Source: a virus. Taken from it: a stretch of DNA of 64,000 nucleotides. How positions within the stretch are numbered: position 1 is the stretch's first letter; each line of letters starts with the position of its first letter. The notes under the pieces were generated by a model. The model was not told where the DNA came from. It saw only the letters and a list, made by a program, of their open reading frames with translations, and ran no database searches. Positions 19,442 to 29,820 of the stretch are shown piece by piece. The stretch lies in the IMG/VR virus record IMGVR_UViG_3300032236_001503, positions 64,001 through 128,000 of that record; one strand, 5' to 3'. The position numbers and the translations under genes are program-made.

Positions 19442-19894
19442 ATGAGCCATCGTCAACAAGAAGAAGCACTAGAAGTCGCTAAACTTGCGGCGATGGTTGG
19501 TGGACAATTAAGGGCTGTTGATCAATTAAGATCTGATAGTGGTGGTATGCCAGCAAATCGAATTGATATCAACAGCTTTATTGCCAAAGCAAAAGGTCAA
19601 AATGTCAGACAACAGGGTGGCTTTCTTCCAGTAGATAATCTACAAAAGAAAGCAATGGAAGATGCAATGCGTGAAGCCATGATGGTTCCAGATGTTCCAT
19701 CATGGTCTCCACCTCCATCTGATGTTTCATCACAAATGATTCCTTTGCCACCTAACCCAATCCCAGCACCTAATACTGGTGCAGTTATCGCATCTGATGC
19801 ATTAAAAAACATTGAAGAAAAGATAGAAAAGATTGGCAATACGTTAGAAAATCTGTTAGAATTGATTCAAACAACATTGAATCAAAATGAGTGA
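19442..19894 (+). CDS. Hypothetical protein (Pro-rich linker, C-terminal coiled coil)
   Basis: In the operon between gp32 and the clamp gene. Confidence 0.7.
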   Translation: MSHRQQEEALEVAKLAAMVGGQLRAVDQLRSDSGGMPANRIDINSFIAKAKGQNVRQQGGFLPVDNLQKKAMEDAMREAMMVPDVPSWSPPPSDVSSQMIPLPPNPIPAPNTGAVIASDALKNIEEKIEKIGNTLENLLELIQTTLNQNE

Positions 19895-20651
19895 TAACGA
19901 AAAACTTCTTCCCCTTCCAAAGACATCTTTAGAAAAGCTTTTAAAGCCTATTAATCGGCTCACTGAAAGCTGTGTTCTAAAAACTAGAGGAGATGTTTTG
20001 GATTCTATTTGTACATCACAGGACAATAGCGTAATTCTTTATGCTAATTGTAAACTCCCTATGGAGATTGATGATAGTAAATTGAATCTTATTAACATTA
20101 AGAAGTTTCTAACCGGATTAGAATGTTTAGGTGATGACGGTCAATTTACTTTGAAAATTCTTCCAAATAGCATTAAATGCCAATCTAAAAATGAAGAAAC
20201 TGGTGAGAATACTCATTTTAAATATCACTTAGTTGATGATGGTATTATTAAGGAAGCACCAGTTAAAATTGAAAATATAGCGGCTCTTGAGTTTGATACC
20301 GAATTTGAAATATCTTTACAGAAAATCAGACAAATTATGTCTGCTTATTCTTTCGTTTCTGATGTAACAAAGATATATTTTTATACTAAAGACGGTAAGG
20401 TTTACGCCGAAATTGATGATAAAACTATGCAGAATGTCGATAATGTTTCATTGTTATTGGCATCAGAATATCAAGGCGAAGATATGCAACATATTTCTAT
20501 TAAAATAGAGGTCTTTAAAAGTCTCGTAAGTAGCAAATATCCAGTAAAGGTAAAGGTTAAAAATAACAATAAAATGAAAGTATTCGTTTTTAATACTAGA
20601 GAAGATGAAAATGTACAACTTAAATATATTGTTTCTGCTCTTGTTAAATAG
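19887..20651 (+). CDS. gp45: DNA sliding clamp (gp45/PCNA-like)
   Basis: 254 aa, alternating alpha/beta pattern, LNLINIKKFL, C-terminal LKYIVSAL strand, replication-module context. Confidence 0.7.
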   Translation: MSDNEKLLPLPKTSLEKLLKPINRLTESCVLKTRGDVLDSICTSQDNSVILYANCKLPMEIDDSKLNLINIKKFLTGLECLGDDGQFTLKILPNSIKCQSKNEETGENTHFKYHLVDDGIIKEAPVKIENIAALEFDTEFEISLQKIRQIMSAYSFVSDVTKIYFYTKDGKVYAEIDDKTMQNVDNVSLLLASEYQGEDMQHISIKIEVFKSLVSSKYPVKVKVKNNNKMKVFVFNTREDENVQLKYIVSALVK

Positions 20652-20672
20652 AATAAACAAATAAATAATATT

Positions 20673-20993
20673 ATGGCTAAAAATAAACTGACAACATGTA
20701 GTTACTTCATTAAACGTCTCCGTGATAGCGGTTATGTTACCGATAAAGTATTCACTGATTATGCTGATACAGATCCAAGATCTTGGACTGTTGTTATTGA
20801 TCCAAAAGTATCATCCGTGATGATTACTTGTTTCAATAATCATAATTATTTAGGTGAAGAATATTTTGAAATGCATGATGGTGGTCAATTTATTCCAGAA
20901 CATTTTAAGATTAAGACTAGCTCAATTGAAGTTCTTATCGAATATCTTGTAAAATTTGGTATTAATAATAAAGCAGAAACATATCAAAAGTAA
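20673..20993 (+). CDS. Hypothetical protein
   Basis: 106-aa ORF; TAAATA at 20662-20667. Confidence 0.7.
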   Translation: MAKNKLTTCSYFIKRLRDSGYVTDKVFTDYADTDPRSWTVVIDPKVSSVMITCFNNHNYLGEEYFEMHDGGQFIPEHFKIKTSSIEVLIEYLVKFGINNKAETYQK

Positions 20994-20997
20994 TTTT

Positions 20998-21393
20998 ATG
21001 TCAAACCGAAAAAGGAAAACAAATATACCTTCATTGTCTTCGGTTGAAAACATAAAAAACAACATAAAAACAAAATCCACTGATTCAGTAGAAGAAATTT
21101 CAAAAAAAGTTTTTGAGGCAATATCAAATGTTGAACTTCAAAAAAGTATAGATAAGTGGATGAAAGAAAATAAAAAAGAACAAGTAGTATCAATGCGAGA
21201 TTTAGGTATTCTTAAGGGTATTATTTCGGAATACCTTGATACCTATTTAGTATTTGGATATAATGTAAATGGAGAAAGAATAATTTTACAAAACTTTAAA
21301 AATGCAAGAGATAGGGATGCTATTATGGAATTCCTTAAAACCATTTTTCTTAAACAACAACACGAGAATTTCTTAGATCAAGACGATGAGTAA
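20998..21393 (+). CDS. Hypothetical protein
   Basis: ATG 20998 follows the upstream stop. Confidence 0.65.
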   Translation: MSNRKRKTNIPSLSSVENIKNNIKTKSTDSVEEISKKVFEAISNVELQKSIDKWMKENKKEQVVSMRDLGILKGIISEYLDTYLVFGYNVNGERIILQNFKNARDRDAIMEFLKTIFLKQQHENFLDQDDE

Positions 21394-22384
21394 CCAAGAT
21401 CCATTATGTAATCCCCCATTATTGGATTCATCATTGTTTCCAACTGGTTCTACCTTGGCTACACAAGGTTCTGATTACAATATATTACCATTTTTATGTA
21501 ATTTAGTTAATCTAGCAACTAACCCAAATGTAGATCCCGTATTAGTTACGCCTCCAGCATACGATTGGACACCACATGTAAACTTTTCAGCATTAACTGG
21601 TGTTGGTGATCCTAGGTTCTCAGATGGTGCGATTTTATCCGCTTGTTTCACTGAATTTTTACCAAAAATATTAACGCAGCTTGAGGTTAAAAAAGCTGGT
21701 GGTTATCAAGTCGTAGACACATACATTTGCGATGCCGATGGCAATCCAATTTTAACAAAAACCGAACAACCAATTCAAACTACAGTTGGAAACGGTAATA
21801 TAAATTTATATGGGTATCAGATAGGTTCTGTAACAACAGAACAATTAATGGAACCAATTACTGAGCAATCTATTGCTACATTTTATGCTAATTATATTCA
21901 ATCGCAGCAAAATATTTATGCTGGAGCTTTTGCTACATATATAAACACGGTTTACACACCAACTGCATGCAAAAACAACGTATTTTCTTCTAATGGTTGG
22001 AGAGCCACCTTAAACACGACATCCATATTCCCTTTATTTTACGTTCAATTAGACTTTTTAATCAATGGCAATGTTGATCATAGTGTATATTTAAAATATT
22101 ATAATGATTCTCAACAAGCAGTTCTCAATAATTTAATTAGTCTTAATTATATACCCAATAATTCAGTAATAAATGTTCAACCAACAATGAAAGCATCAAG
22201 TAATGCAATGATTGCAATGGTTATGAATCCAATTCCTGATTATACAAATACTAATAATTTTGTTAATATCGCAACAAACCAAGTGAATATGTTCTCAGCA
22301 TCGGTTCTTCAAAATTATACGAACCAATATAGTACTTTTATTAAAAATCCGTCAGCATTTAAAGCTACTTATAAGCTCAGTTAA
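21386..22384 (+). CDS. Putative virion structural protein
   Basis: 332 aa, N/Q/T-rich and charge-poor like the tail proteins; converges on the spike gene. Confidence 0.55.
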   Translation: MSNQDPLCNPPLLDSSLFPTGSTLATQGSDYNILPFLCNLVNLATNPNVDPVLVTPPAYDWTPHVNFSALTGVGDPRFSDGAILSACFTEFLPKILTQLEVKKAGGYQVVDTYICDADGNPILTKTEQPIQTTVGNGNINLYGYQIGSVTTEQLMEPITEQSIATFYANYIQSQQNIYAGAFATYINTVYTPTACKNNVFSSNGWRATLNTTSIFPLFYVQLDFLINGNVDHSVYLKYYNDSQQAVLNNLISLNYIPNNSVINVQPTMKASSNAMIAMVMNPIPDYTNTNNFVNIATNQVNMFSASVLQNYTNQYSTFIKNPSAFKATYKLS

Positions 22385-24465
22385 CAATTTCTGAATGGAC
22401 TTAATGTTGGTGGTGGATTGAGTGATCCATCCGCATTGTAATTAGGATACGCTTCAACGTAATTTGTACCATCAGCTACACCATTACCATCACCTTGGAT
22501 GCCATATGCCATATTTCTTGCTCCTGTTCCAGCATTTCGCCCTAATCCTAATCCCAAGCAAAGCGAAATAGGGAGTGATCCAGAATCAGCAGGACTTGTT
22601 CCAGTGCCATTACCTCTAGGTGGCGTTGGTATATTACTAGGTGAAGGTCTTTGACTTTGGAATCCAGCGGTTGTGTCACAATGAACACCTTCATGACCAA
22701 CGTATTGGTGAGTATGCATTCCTGATATATTGTCATGATTGTGAGGACCGGTATAAACGGGTAACATATCAGCATCAACAAATGTATTAGTAAACACAAC
22801 AGGGAAAGTTCCTGCTGCTCCATATGCTCCTGCTGGTGGTACTGTCACCCAAGCAATACTTTCTTTAGCCACCATTAATGGCGTATAACCATTCGCATTA
22901 ACAGCCCAAGCTAATCCTGTAGGTATGCCTTGATTATCTAATGGTACTGCCAATTTAGTTGAATTTATAGCTCTTTTTACCACATTATATAAACCAGTAA
23001 CAGTTAATAATTCACCAGTAATAGCATCAAATCCAGCTTTAATAGCGTGTAATGCTTCGGAGAAAACATTTTGACTAGTAGCTTGTTGATTTGCATTAAA
23101 TGGTGGTGGACTATTCCAAGATGAACAATTACCAACCGACTGAATTGATGCCGATGGCTCGGTTTGCATCGACATACTTTTTGTAACTAAATTTGGTGCA
23201 TATAAAGTACCATCATGAGTTATCATTCCTTGAACCGATAAATCACCATTAACGCTTACTTGTCCAGTAAAAAGGGTGTGATCGGAATTTACATGAACTC
23301 CACCATCACCACTATTATCTTTTGCGTCAATTATTACTTGCTTACCTTTAATTTGAGTTAAACCAGCACCAAATAAATTTAAATCACCATGAGTTGTTGA
23401 CATCTCAACGTGACCAACTTTTACTTCAAGTGGTCCATCAGATACCATATGAGTTCCATTACCACCAGAAGTTATATCAACACTATGGGTAGCATCTAAA
23501 TGGATATTACCAACTGGTGAATGATCGGGTGTTAGATAATAATTTAATTCTGATGGAGCACCATTAGAAACTTGAGCCAATTTTCCACCATTAGATTCAT
23601 GTGCAGTTGGGAAATTTGAATTATTTACGTTTTTAACATATGGTGAAACTGTGCTTCTTGTTCCATGTCCTGCTCTAACCACATAATTATCAGCCATGTG
23701 AGCGTGTGTAGTATCCTGACTACCCATTGCTTGCTCATTTTGTTGTATTGATGGATCGCTTTTTATTGCCGAAATAGCCGCTTGGTTTGCAGCATCATAA
23801 TCGGGAACTTTTATATGCGAACCATCACAATTTGGATGATTACAAGTTCCACTTTTAGTAAATGTATTATTAGTAAAAATACTCATCATTGGTATGACTA
23901 ATCCACCAATAACTTTTCTAAAGGTTGCATAAGAAAATGGCATATATGGGGGCCAAATTTGACCCAATCCACCAAGCATTCTATCTAAAAATGCACTAGC
24001 TCTATCATTTGTTACTTTTTGATTACATACTGGACATGGAACTGTTTTAGTAGCATCTTTAAATGCATCATTTTTTGCCTGTTGAACATTATCTAAAGAT
24101 TTTTGATGAGCAGTTTGTGCTGCAATTGCTTGTGGACTTCTATTTGCTTTTATTTCAGTTCCACCAGTTTGAGCCATAATATGACTTTGACCTAAACATG
24201 TAAACTGTGAATCACCACCAACCGAATAAGAAACATTTTGCCCAATTGCAAAATGAAAATCGGCTTGCGTATTAAATAAACCATCACCACCTATAAATTG
24301 TAAGAAATTTCCACTCTTATGAAATATTCCAGCCATTGATTGATCCCTAATAATACTGGAACCAGACATTGCTTGGTAATATGAATTCAATTGAATACTA
24401 CCAGCATCAGATGCTAAATTATTAGTCTGACTACTAACTACATTATTTGATACATCTGCTGGCAT
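22381..24465 (-). CDS. Baseplate central spike, gp5 C-terminal part (beta-helix)
   Basis: HKSG..L.F gp5-like start, V.G-periodic beta-helix repeats, HNH/HTH tip motifs; adjacent to the gp5-N gene. Confidence 0.6.
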   Translation of the reverse strand: MPADVSNNVVSSQTNNLASDAGSIQLNSYYQAMSGSSIIRDQSMAGIFHKSGNFLQFIGGDGLFNTQADFHFAIGQNVSYSVGGDSQFTCLGQSHIMAQTGGTEIKANRSPQAIAAQTAHQKSLDNVQQAKNDAFKDATKTVPCPVCNQKVTNDRASAFLDRMLGGLGQIWPPYMPFSYATFRKVIGGLVIPMMSIFTNNTFTKSGTCNHPNCDGSHIKVPDYDAANQAAISAIKSDPSIQQNEQAMGSQDTTHAHMADNYVVRAGHGTRSTVSPYVKNVNNSNFPTAHESNGGKLAQVSNGAPSELNYYLTPDHSPVGNIHLDATHSVDITSGGNGTHMVSDGPLEVKVGHVEMSTTHGDLNLFGAGLTQIKGKQVIIDAKDNSGDGGVHVNSDHTLFTGQVSVNGDLSVQGMITHDGTLYAPNLVTKSMSMQTEPSASIQSVGNCSSWNSPPPFNANQQATSQNVFSEALHAIKAGFDAITGELLTVTGLYNVVKRAINSTKLAVPLDNQGIPTGLAWAVNANGYTPLMVAKESIAWVTVPPAGAYGAAGTFPVVFTNTFVDADMLPVYTGPHNHDNISGMHTHQYVGHEGVHCDTTAGFQSQRPSPSNIPTPPRGNGTGTSPADSGSLPISLCLGLGLGRNAGTGARNMAYGIQGDGNGVADGTNYVEAYPNYNADGSLNPPPTLSPFRNC

Positions 24466-24471
24466 ATTATA

Positions 24472-24479
24472 TATTTATG
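24472..24479 (-). promoter_or_regulatory. Late-type promoter
   Basis: CATAAATA on the minus strand, 6 nt before ATG 24465. Confidence 0.6.
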
Positions 24480-24481
24480 AT

Positions 24482-25687
24482 TTAAGATTGATATGCAACA
24501 TTTGAACCATTCAAAACTGATCCAAAATAAACGGGTTTTTGAACATCTCCACCATAGAAAAATACCCAAACTTTAGCACCAACTGCTGGTTTTGAGAAGA
24601 ATCCATTTGCTCCACCATTAGCTACATGAGCAGTGACCATATTAGCAACCATACTTCTATTATTACTATAACCAATAACAGATGTGCCTCCTTGTGGTAC
24701 ATTACCATTTCCTAAATTATTAGCTAAAACGTTACCAGAACCAGCAGCTTCACCTGCTGTGCCATATGCCCTGCTAATTCCACCCATTACTGAGTTATTT
24801 TGATTCAATAATGAATTGAATGCAGCAGCGGTTGCATTAGCTTGAGCATTTGGATCATAGATATTATCAGCAGTTAATCCCCATTGACCTATTGTATTAC
24901 TAAATAAACCTTCAGAAATAACATTTTGACCATTATCACCTTTAAAATTTTCGACATACTGTTCATTAACGGCAATATAACCATTAACAGTAGTAGATTC
25001 ATGAACCATAATTGAATCCATCAAATTAGCCCATTGATCTGCCGTGGTAGTATTACTACTCATATCGAATCCATAATTTGCACCATCTGACGGAGGTGGT
25101 CTACCAGCTAAACTTTGGGCAGCAGCTAAATTTGCAGCATGTGCATCTGCTATTGAAATGAATTGTAAATCACTTGCTGGTTTTTGTACATTAATTCCAC
25201 CTGCCTCATTGCCAACTATTCTATTACCCAATCCCAATGATGCTCCGCTATAAACAGTATATTGTGATGGTTGTGCATTTGCACTTTGATTTAAATTTAA
25301 AGCTGGTGTTATCGGTGTATTCGCACTCGTATTACTAATTGGTGTTGGTGGGTTATTCTGTGCTTGTACAGCATTTGATTGGGGATTTGCTGTAGCAGCA
25401 CCTAAAGATGGATTAACTGGTGCTGATGTGCCACCACCAAAATGTGGAGCAGATGCTTCAGCCCAAGGCAAAACTTCGTATAATTTCTGTGCAACTGCTT
25501 GCGAAATTCCACCAGCTGCTTGTTGAGTTTCAAAAGTTTTAAATGATAAATCTTTTAACTGATCATTCCACCCAGAATAAACCGTGTTACTAACGTTTGG
25601 TATAAAAACCTGTAATCTACTTCTTTTTTCTGGATCTTGGTCATTTATTACAATACCAATATGATTTCCGTGAACAGGCTCGTACAT
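24482..25687 (-). CDS. gp5 N-terminal OB-fold protein with an inserted lysozyme/SLT-like domain
   Basis: G.V.N.QDPEK..RLQV..P and LPWA at the N-terminus; P.VGAKVWVFF.GGD.QKPVYFG at the C-terminus; internal HES...SEGLF...IYDP. Confidence 0.75.
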   Translation of the reverse strand: MYEPVHGNHIGIVINDQDPEKRSRLQVFIPNVSNTVYSGWNDQLKDLSFKTFETQQAAGGISQAVAQKLYEVLPWAEASAPHFGGGTSAPVNPSLGAATANPQSNAVQAQNNPPTPISNTSANTPITPALNLNQSANAQPSQYTVYSGASLGLGNRIVGNEAGGINVQKPASDLQFISIADAHAANLAAAQSLAGRPPPSDGANYGFDMSSNTTTADQWANLMDSIMVHESTTVNGYIAVNEQYVENFKGDNGQNVISEGLFSNTIGQWGLTADNIYDPNAQANATAAAFNSLLNQNNSVMGGISRAYGTAGEAAGSGNVLANNLGNGNVPQGGTSVIGYSNNRSMVANMVTAHVANGGANGFFSKPAVGAKVWVFFYGGDVQKPVYFGSVLNGSNVAYQS

Positions 25688-25688
25688 A

Positions 25689-27260
25689 TTATTTCTTCGG
25701 TGTATTATTACCAGTAAAGACTGAACCTAAATTTGAAAAAGATGTTCCAATATTATTTAAATCATTTCCGATATTATTAAATCCAGCATTGGGTGTATTA
25801 AATGCTGCAAATGGATTTGGTACATTACTAATACCAGTTATGTTTATCGTTTGTGGGATGTGTGGCATGTTATTAACATATGTAGCAGTTCCCTGATTAT
25901 TAACATATGTATTATAATTGAATGTTGATGGAGCAGGTGGAAATGGTGAAACATTTCCATTTTGATTTTGACCCATTGGAGACAATGCAGCGAAATTAGG
26001 TCCGTATTTACTTATTATTTGACCCATTAAATTAGCTTGTAAACTAATTAATGATTGATGATAACCATAATTCATCATACCAGTTCCCAAAGAAGGATTT
26101 AATCCAATTTGATTAACCATATTAATTATTTGATTAACCTGTGGAGGAAAATGTGACTGAGGAGACCCCAATACATTACCAGCTAAGTTATTGGTGTTCA
26201 TAAAAGACTGAAACTGATTTGTATATTGATTTAAAAATGCAGATTGATTAAATAAAGATGAGTAAAATTGACTATCACCAAAAAACGATTCTAATAATTC
26301 TAATATTAAACATAATAAATCTATTGGTATTATGTATTTGTTAATTAAACTTAAAATATAATACTGTATTGCTGCTATAATACCGTTTATTACTGCATAA
26401 ATTTGTTGTACAAGTTGAATTACCCCTTGATAGATATCTCTTAATAAAGCTTCAAATGCAACCATAATTCCATTTATAGCAGCAATAGCTTTTTGAAAAC
26501 TTGCAAATGCAGTCGCAGGTAATGAAAGATAAGCTTGAGTTCTTGCTTTTCCTACATTTTGTTCCAATGCACTATTAATACCTTTATTAACAGTGTTTAA
26601 TAATCTTTCAACTAAGCTGGTTCCTGCTTGTTTTGTGGGTCCGGACATTGGATTGGCTGGTTGTTTATTTGAATTAACACCATGAGTAACTCCGAAATAA
26701 CCTACATCATCAAAACAACCTTTTTTATAAGCTGGTGTTTTTTTAATTATGTTTAAAATAGTTGGATTTAACGGTCCAGCTAATGATTTAAAATCTCTAA
26801 TAAAATTTTGATCTACGTGTGCTTGAGCGTGATCAGGATTTTGCTTTGCTGTCATTACATGGTAATCAAAACCATAAACTAAAAAACATAATAACAAATA
26901 CCAATAGTTATCATTAAGTCTAGAAAAAAAGGATTTAAGTATTGTTAACTCCTGAGTAGTTAATCCAACTTTTTGTTCCAAATCCTTCAAAGAATCTGGT
27001 TGATTATTGTACCAAGCTTTTTGTATACTAGCCTGATGTGTTTGATTTACATTTGCAGCTTCTTTTTCTGCTACTGGTGTCGCTGGCGGTGGGTTCGTAC
27101 CAATAGTCATATTATTGGATACTGAATTTTCACTTGTCAAAGAGGGTGCAGCAACAATGGGTGTAGTTGCAGCTACGACATTAGGATTAGTTACTATCCC
27201 ACTGAATGTACTGGTTCCACCACCTATGGTTAAACTTGATGTATTTGATGAATCAGCCAT
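25689..27260 (-). CDS. Putative virion/baseplate protein with long hydrophobic helices
   Basis: 523 aa, late promoter, first gene of the spike operon, N/Q-rich. Confidence 0.55.
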   Translation of the reverse strand: MADSSNTSSLTIGGGTSTFSGIVTNPNVVAATTPIVAAPSLTSENSVSNNMTIGTNPPPATPVAEKEAANVNQTHQASIQKAWYNNQPDSLKDLEQKVGLTTQELTILKSFFSRLNDNYWYLLLCFLVYGFDYHVMTAKQNPDHAQAHVDQNFIRDFKSLAGPLNPTILNIIKKTPAYKKGCFDDVGYFGVTHGVNSNKQPANPMSGPTKQAGTSLVERLLNTVNKGINSALEQNVGKARTQAYLSLPATAFASFQKAIAAINGIMVAFEALLRDIYQGVIQLVQQIYAVINGIIAAIQYYILSLINKYIIPIDLLCLILELLESFFGDSQFYSSLFNQSAFLNQYTNQFQSFMNTNNLAGNVLGSPQSHFPPQVNQIINMVNQIGLNPSLGTGMMNYGYHQSLISLQANLMGQIISKYGPNFAALSPMGQNQNGNVSPFPPAPSTFNYNTYVNNQGTATYVNNMPHIPQTINITGISNVPNPFAAFNTPNAGFNNIGNDLNNIGTSFSNLGSVFTGNNTPKK

Positions 27261-27268
27261 ATTTTTAG

Positions 27269-27296
27269 TTGATATTTATAAATTTACCTCTATAAT
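27269..27296. promoter_or_regulatory. Overlapping divergent promoters (sigma70-like on +, TATAAATA late on -)
   Basis: Plus strand: TTGATA-N16-TATAAT, 6 nt before ATG 27303. Minus strand: TATAAATA at 27273-27280. Confidence 0.65.
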
Positions 27297-27302
27297 ATAT
27301 TT

Positions 27303-27914
27303 ATGCCTGAAACTCTATTTTCATACCCCAATGTCATTGGTATAGCTGGTGCTGCTCGTGCTGGTAAAGATACTTTATGTAGGTCTCTACAGAGAGAATT
27401 TATAAAAAAAGGTATTCTAGCCGTTAGAAAATCTATAGCTGGTGATACCGTCAAAGGTGATTTACAAGAACTTCTTGAAAGAAAGTTCAAATTGGATTCT
27501 TTTACTGAAATTACCGAGCAAAAGGAATTTATGAGACCGCTTTTGGTTGAATATGGTAAAATGCAAAGAGCAAAAACGCAAGGTAGATATTTTATTGAGC
27601 AATTTGAACCAGAACAAGATGCGATAAACATTTTACCAGATATCAGATATGTTGAATATCCAAAAGATGAGGTTTTTTGGCTTAAAAATGAAATGAATGG
27701 TTTTCTAATCTTTATTGAAAGAAAAGGAAATTACGATGCTAATGATACAGAAAAGGTAAACAATAAAATCATCAAAAATATGGCAGATTATGTTGTTCAA
27801 TGGGATACAATGCCCGAATGGTCAGAAGAAGGCAGAAAGCTTATTGATCAATATGCTGAAAAGATTATTAAAAAAATGGCTACCATTTACCAAGAGGACA
27901 TGACGCAGCCTTAA
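27303..27914 (+). CDS. Deoxynucleoside monophosphate kinase (T4 gp1-like)
   Basis: IGIAGAARAGKDT P-loop, KE..RPLLVEYG...R, PDIRY...DE. Confidence 0.75.
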   Translation: MPETLFSYPNVIGIAGAARAGKDTLCRSLQREFIKKGILAVRKSIAGDTVKGDLQELLERKFKLDSFTEITEQKEFMRPLLVEYGKMQRAKTQGRYFIEQFEPEQDAINILPDIRYVEYPKDEVFWLKNEMNGFLIFIERKGNYDANDTEKVNNKIIKNMADYVVQWDTMPEWSEEGRKLIDQYAEKIIKKMATIYQEDMTQP

Positions 27915-28173
27915 GGTAAGTTTTTATTGCCATATTGCAACCGCATTTAGTACATCTATCTTGAGCTTTGTTAAAAGATGGACATGAATTACATGTATTT
28001 TTTCTTTTACTGATAACATCGTCTGGTGCATTTAGTGGATTTCCAGCAGCAACAGATTTAACTGTTGCTATAGCAGTTTGTGCTAAATTTTTAGCCATTT
28101 GAACAGGAGATGGCATTGATTTATTCTTATTAGCGTTTTCAATTAATATTTTTTTTAATTTTTCTTTATCCAT
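27880..28173 (-). CDS. Small Cys-rich protein (DUF6171-like)
   Basis: R...C..C........C..CGC....K......CP.GKW. Confidence 0.7.
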   Translation of the reverse strand: MDKEKLKKILIENANKNKSMPSPVQMAKNLAQTAIATVKSVAAGNPLNAPDDVISKRKNTCNSCPSFNKAQDRCTKCGCNMAIKTYLKAASCPLGKW

Positions 28174-28174
28174 A

Positions 28175-29818
28175 TTAAATTGTTGTGTCGTTTTGAGTCC
28201 AAAGTTTTGAATTGCTATCAACTTTTACTGCACATACATTATTTACATAAGCATTTTTAGTAAAAATATGATTTACTTTAACTGTTAACCATTGACCTAA
28301 AAATCTATCATCAAATGGGTTTGATGTAGAACTTGAAAATCTATCAATAAAAATGAATTTACCTGCTGTTCTTAATGTTATACCGTTAACATCAAATGAA
28401 ATTGCTTCATTTAAAAATAATGCATCCTTTAACATTTTGTTTCCAGCATAATTTGGTGGATAAAAAGTGGATGTAACATGAACATTTTCTAAAATCGTTC
28501 CGTTTTGTTTTGATTGATTTAAATTCAATAATACATGAGCATTACTAGAATTTGTATTATTACTTGAAAAATTATAAAGACCCATTTTTGCATTTGATTG
28601 CATATTATCTCTTACGCTTTTTGCGGTATTATTAGTAAATGTTATAGAATATGTACCAGTATTAAAATCATAATGATGTACAGGTGAATTCGTTTGTCTT
28701 GCGTCATCTGCTGCAACCATCGGTGAGTATTTATAATTTTGAATTCTTGAACCCATTGGTGATACATAGTTTATGTTGTTACCCTGTGGAGCATCCCATG
28801 ATCTAGGTATATATGGCGTAGAAGATGGAATACCGTCTTCAATAAATAATCTTTCAGTTTGATAAGCAGCCGAATTAGAAAATAATGATTCTAATGAAAT
28901 TAATTTCCATGTTTTATCATCTGTTGTTCTTCCAAAACGTAAAAATACCGGTCCGTTACTTTTATTTGAAACGCAATGTTCTAAAACAATAGATATATCA
29001 TTTATTGCTTTTGAATTAGCTGGTGATGTATAAAGATATAAATTATTTTGACTACCATTATCCCAATTATTTGAAGAACTATTTTTAATACCATCATCAA
29101 AACTAGCCATTGGCTGAGTTGGATTTGATATAACTTCACCTTTAAGATAATTAAATCCAACTTTAATACTCGTTGGTGTATTAGTAATACCCTTTTTCAT
29201 CACTGGTGGATTTGATGCAGCAGTTGTAATAATATCCTTTATCATCAAATTAGGATTAAATGCTCTTTGCTTATCAGTTAAACCAGTTGTAACTGTAAGA
29301 TTAGGATTACTATAAACAGAAGAATAATCTATATTTCTTTCACATAATATTTGGTATCTTTCATCCCAGAAATAATATTTTCTATATTTTCTACCATTAT
29401 CATCGGACTCTAAATCTTCAATATCATAAATTACACAATCGAAAGACATTTCCCAATCTTTATCTAGGTATTCGCCAGATGTGTTATTAGAAAATAATGG
29501 TTTTATTCTAAAACTAATTTTGTTTCGACCATCGGTTCTAAAAACATAGGGTGCTTTTATTAATGGAGTATTAGCAATAGCTAATGCACCTCGTTCTAAT
29601 ATTTCAAAATCAGAATTTAATGTTATATAACCTTTTACAATCCATGTCATTAAACTTTCCTCAATTGATAATTCATCAACAATTTTAAATGACAATGGTA
29701 CGGGGGCATATCCATCACTTTCTAAGGCATTATAAAGAAATATTTCAATATAATATGGTTGATTACCTATAGTAACAACAAAATTTTGATTTAAATTGTC
29801 TGTTGTTGTATCAGCCAT
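28175..29818 (-). CDS. Baseplate hub protein (gp27-like)
   Basis: L.IEES....V.G.I N-terminus; V.G...R..GKFI.I...F.G.WL.VKV.H.F....Y.N...AVK C-terminus. Confidence 0.7.
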   Translation of the reverse strand: MADTTTDNLNQNFVVTIGNQPYYIEIFLYNALESDGYAPVPLSFKIVDELSIEESLMTWIVKGYITLNSDFEILERGALAIANTPLIKAPYVFRTDGRNKISFRIKPLFSNNTSGEYLDKDWEMSFDCVIYDIEDLESDDNGRKYRKYYFWDERYQILCERNIDYSSVYSNPNLTVTTGLTDKQRAFNPNLMIKDIITTAASNPPVMKKGITNTPTSIKVGFNYLKGEVISNPTQPMASFDDGIKNSSSNNWDNGSQNNLYLYTSPANSKAINDISIVLEHCVSNKSNGPVFLRFGRTTDDKTWKLISLESLFSNSAAYQTERLFIEDGIPSSTPYIPRSWDAPQGNNINYVSPMGSRIQNYKYSPMVAADDARQTNSPVHHYDFNTGTYSITFTNNTAKSVRDNMQSNAKMGLYNFSSNNTNSSNAHVLLNLNQSKQNGTILENVHVTSTFYPPNYAGNKMLKDALFLNEAISFDVNGITLRTAGKFIFIDRFSSSTSNPFDDRFLGQWLTVKVNHIFTKNAYVNNVCAVKVDSNSKLWTQNDTTI

Positions 29819-29820
29819 AA

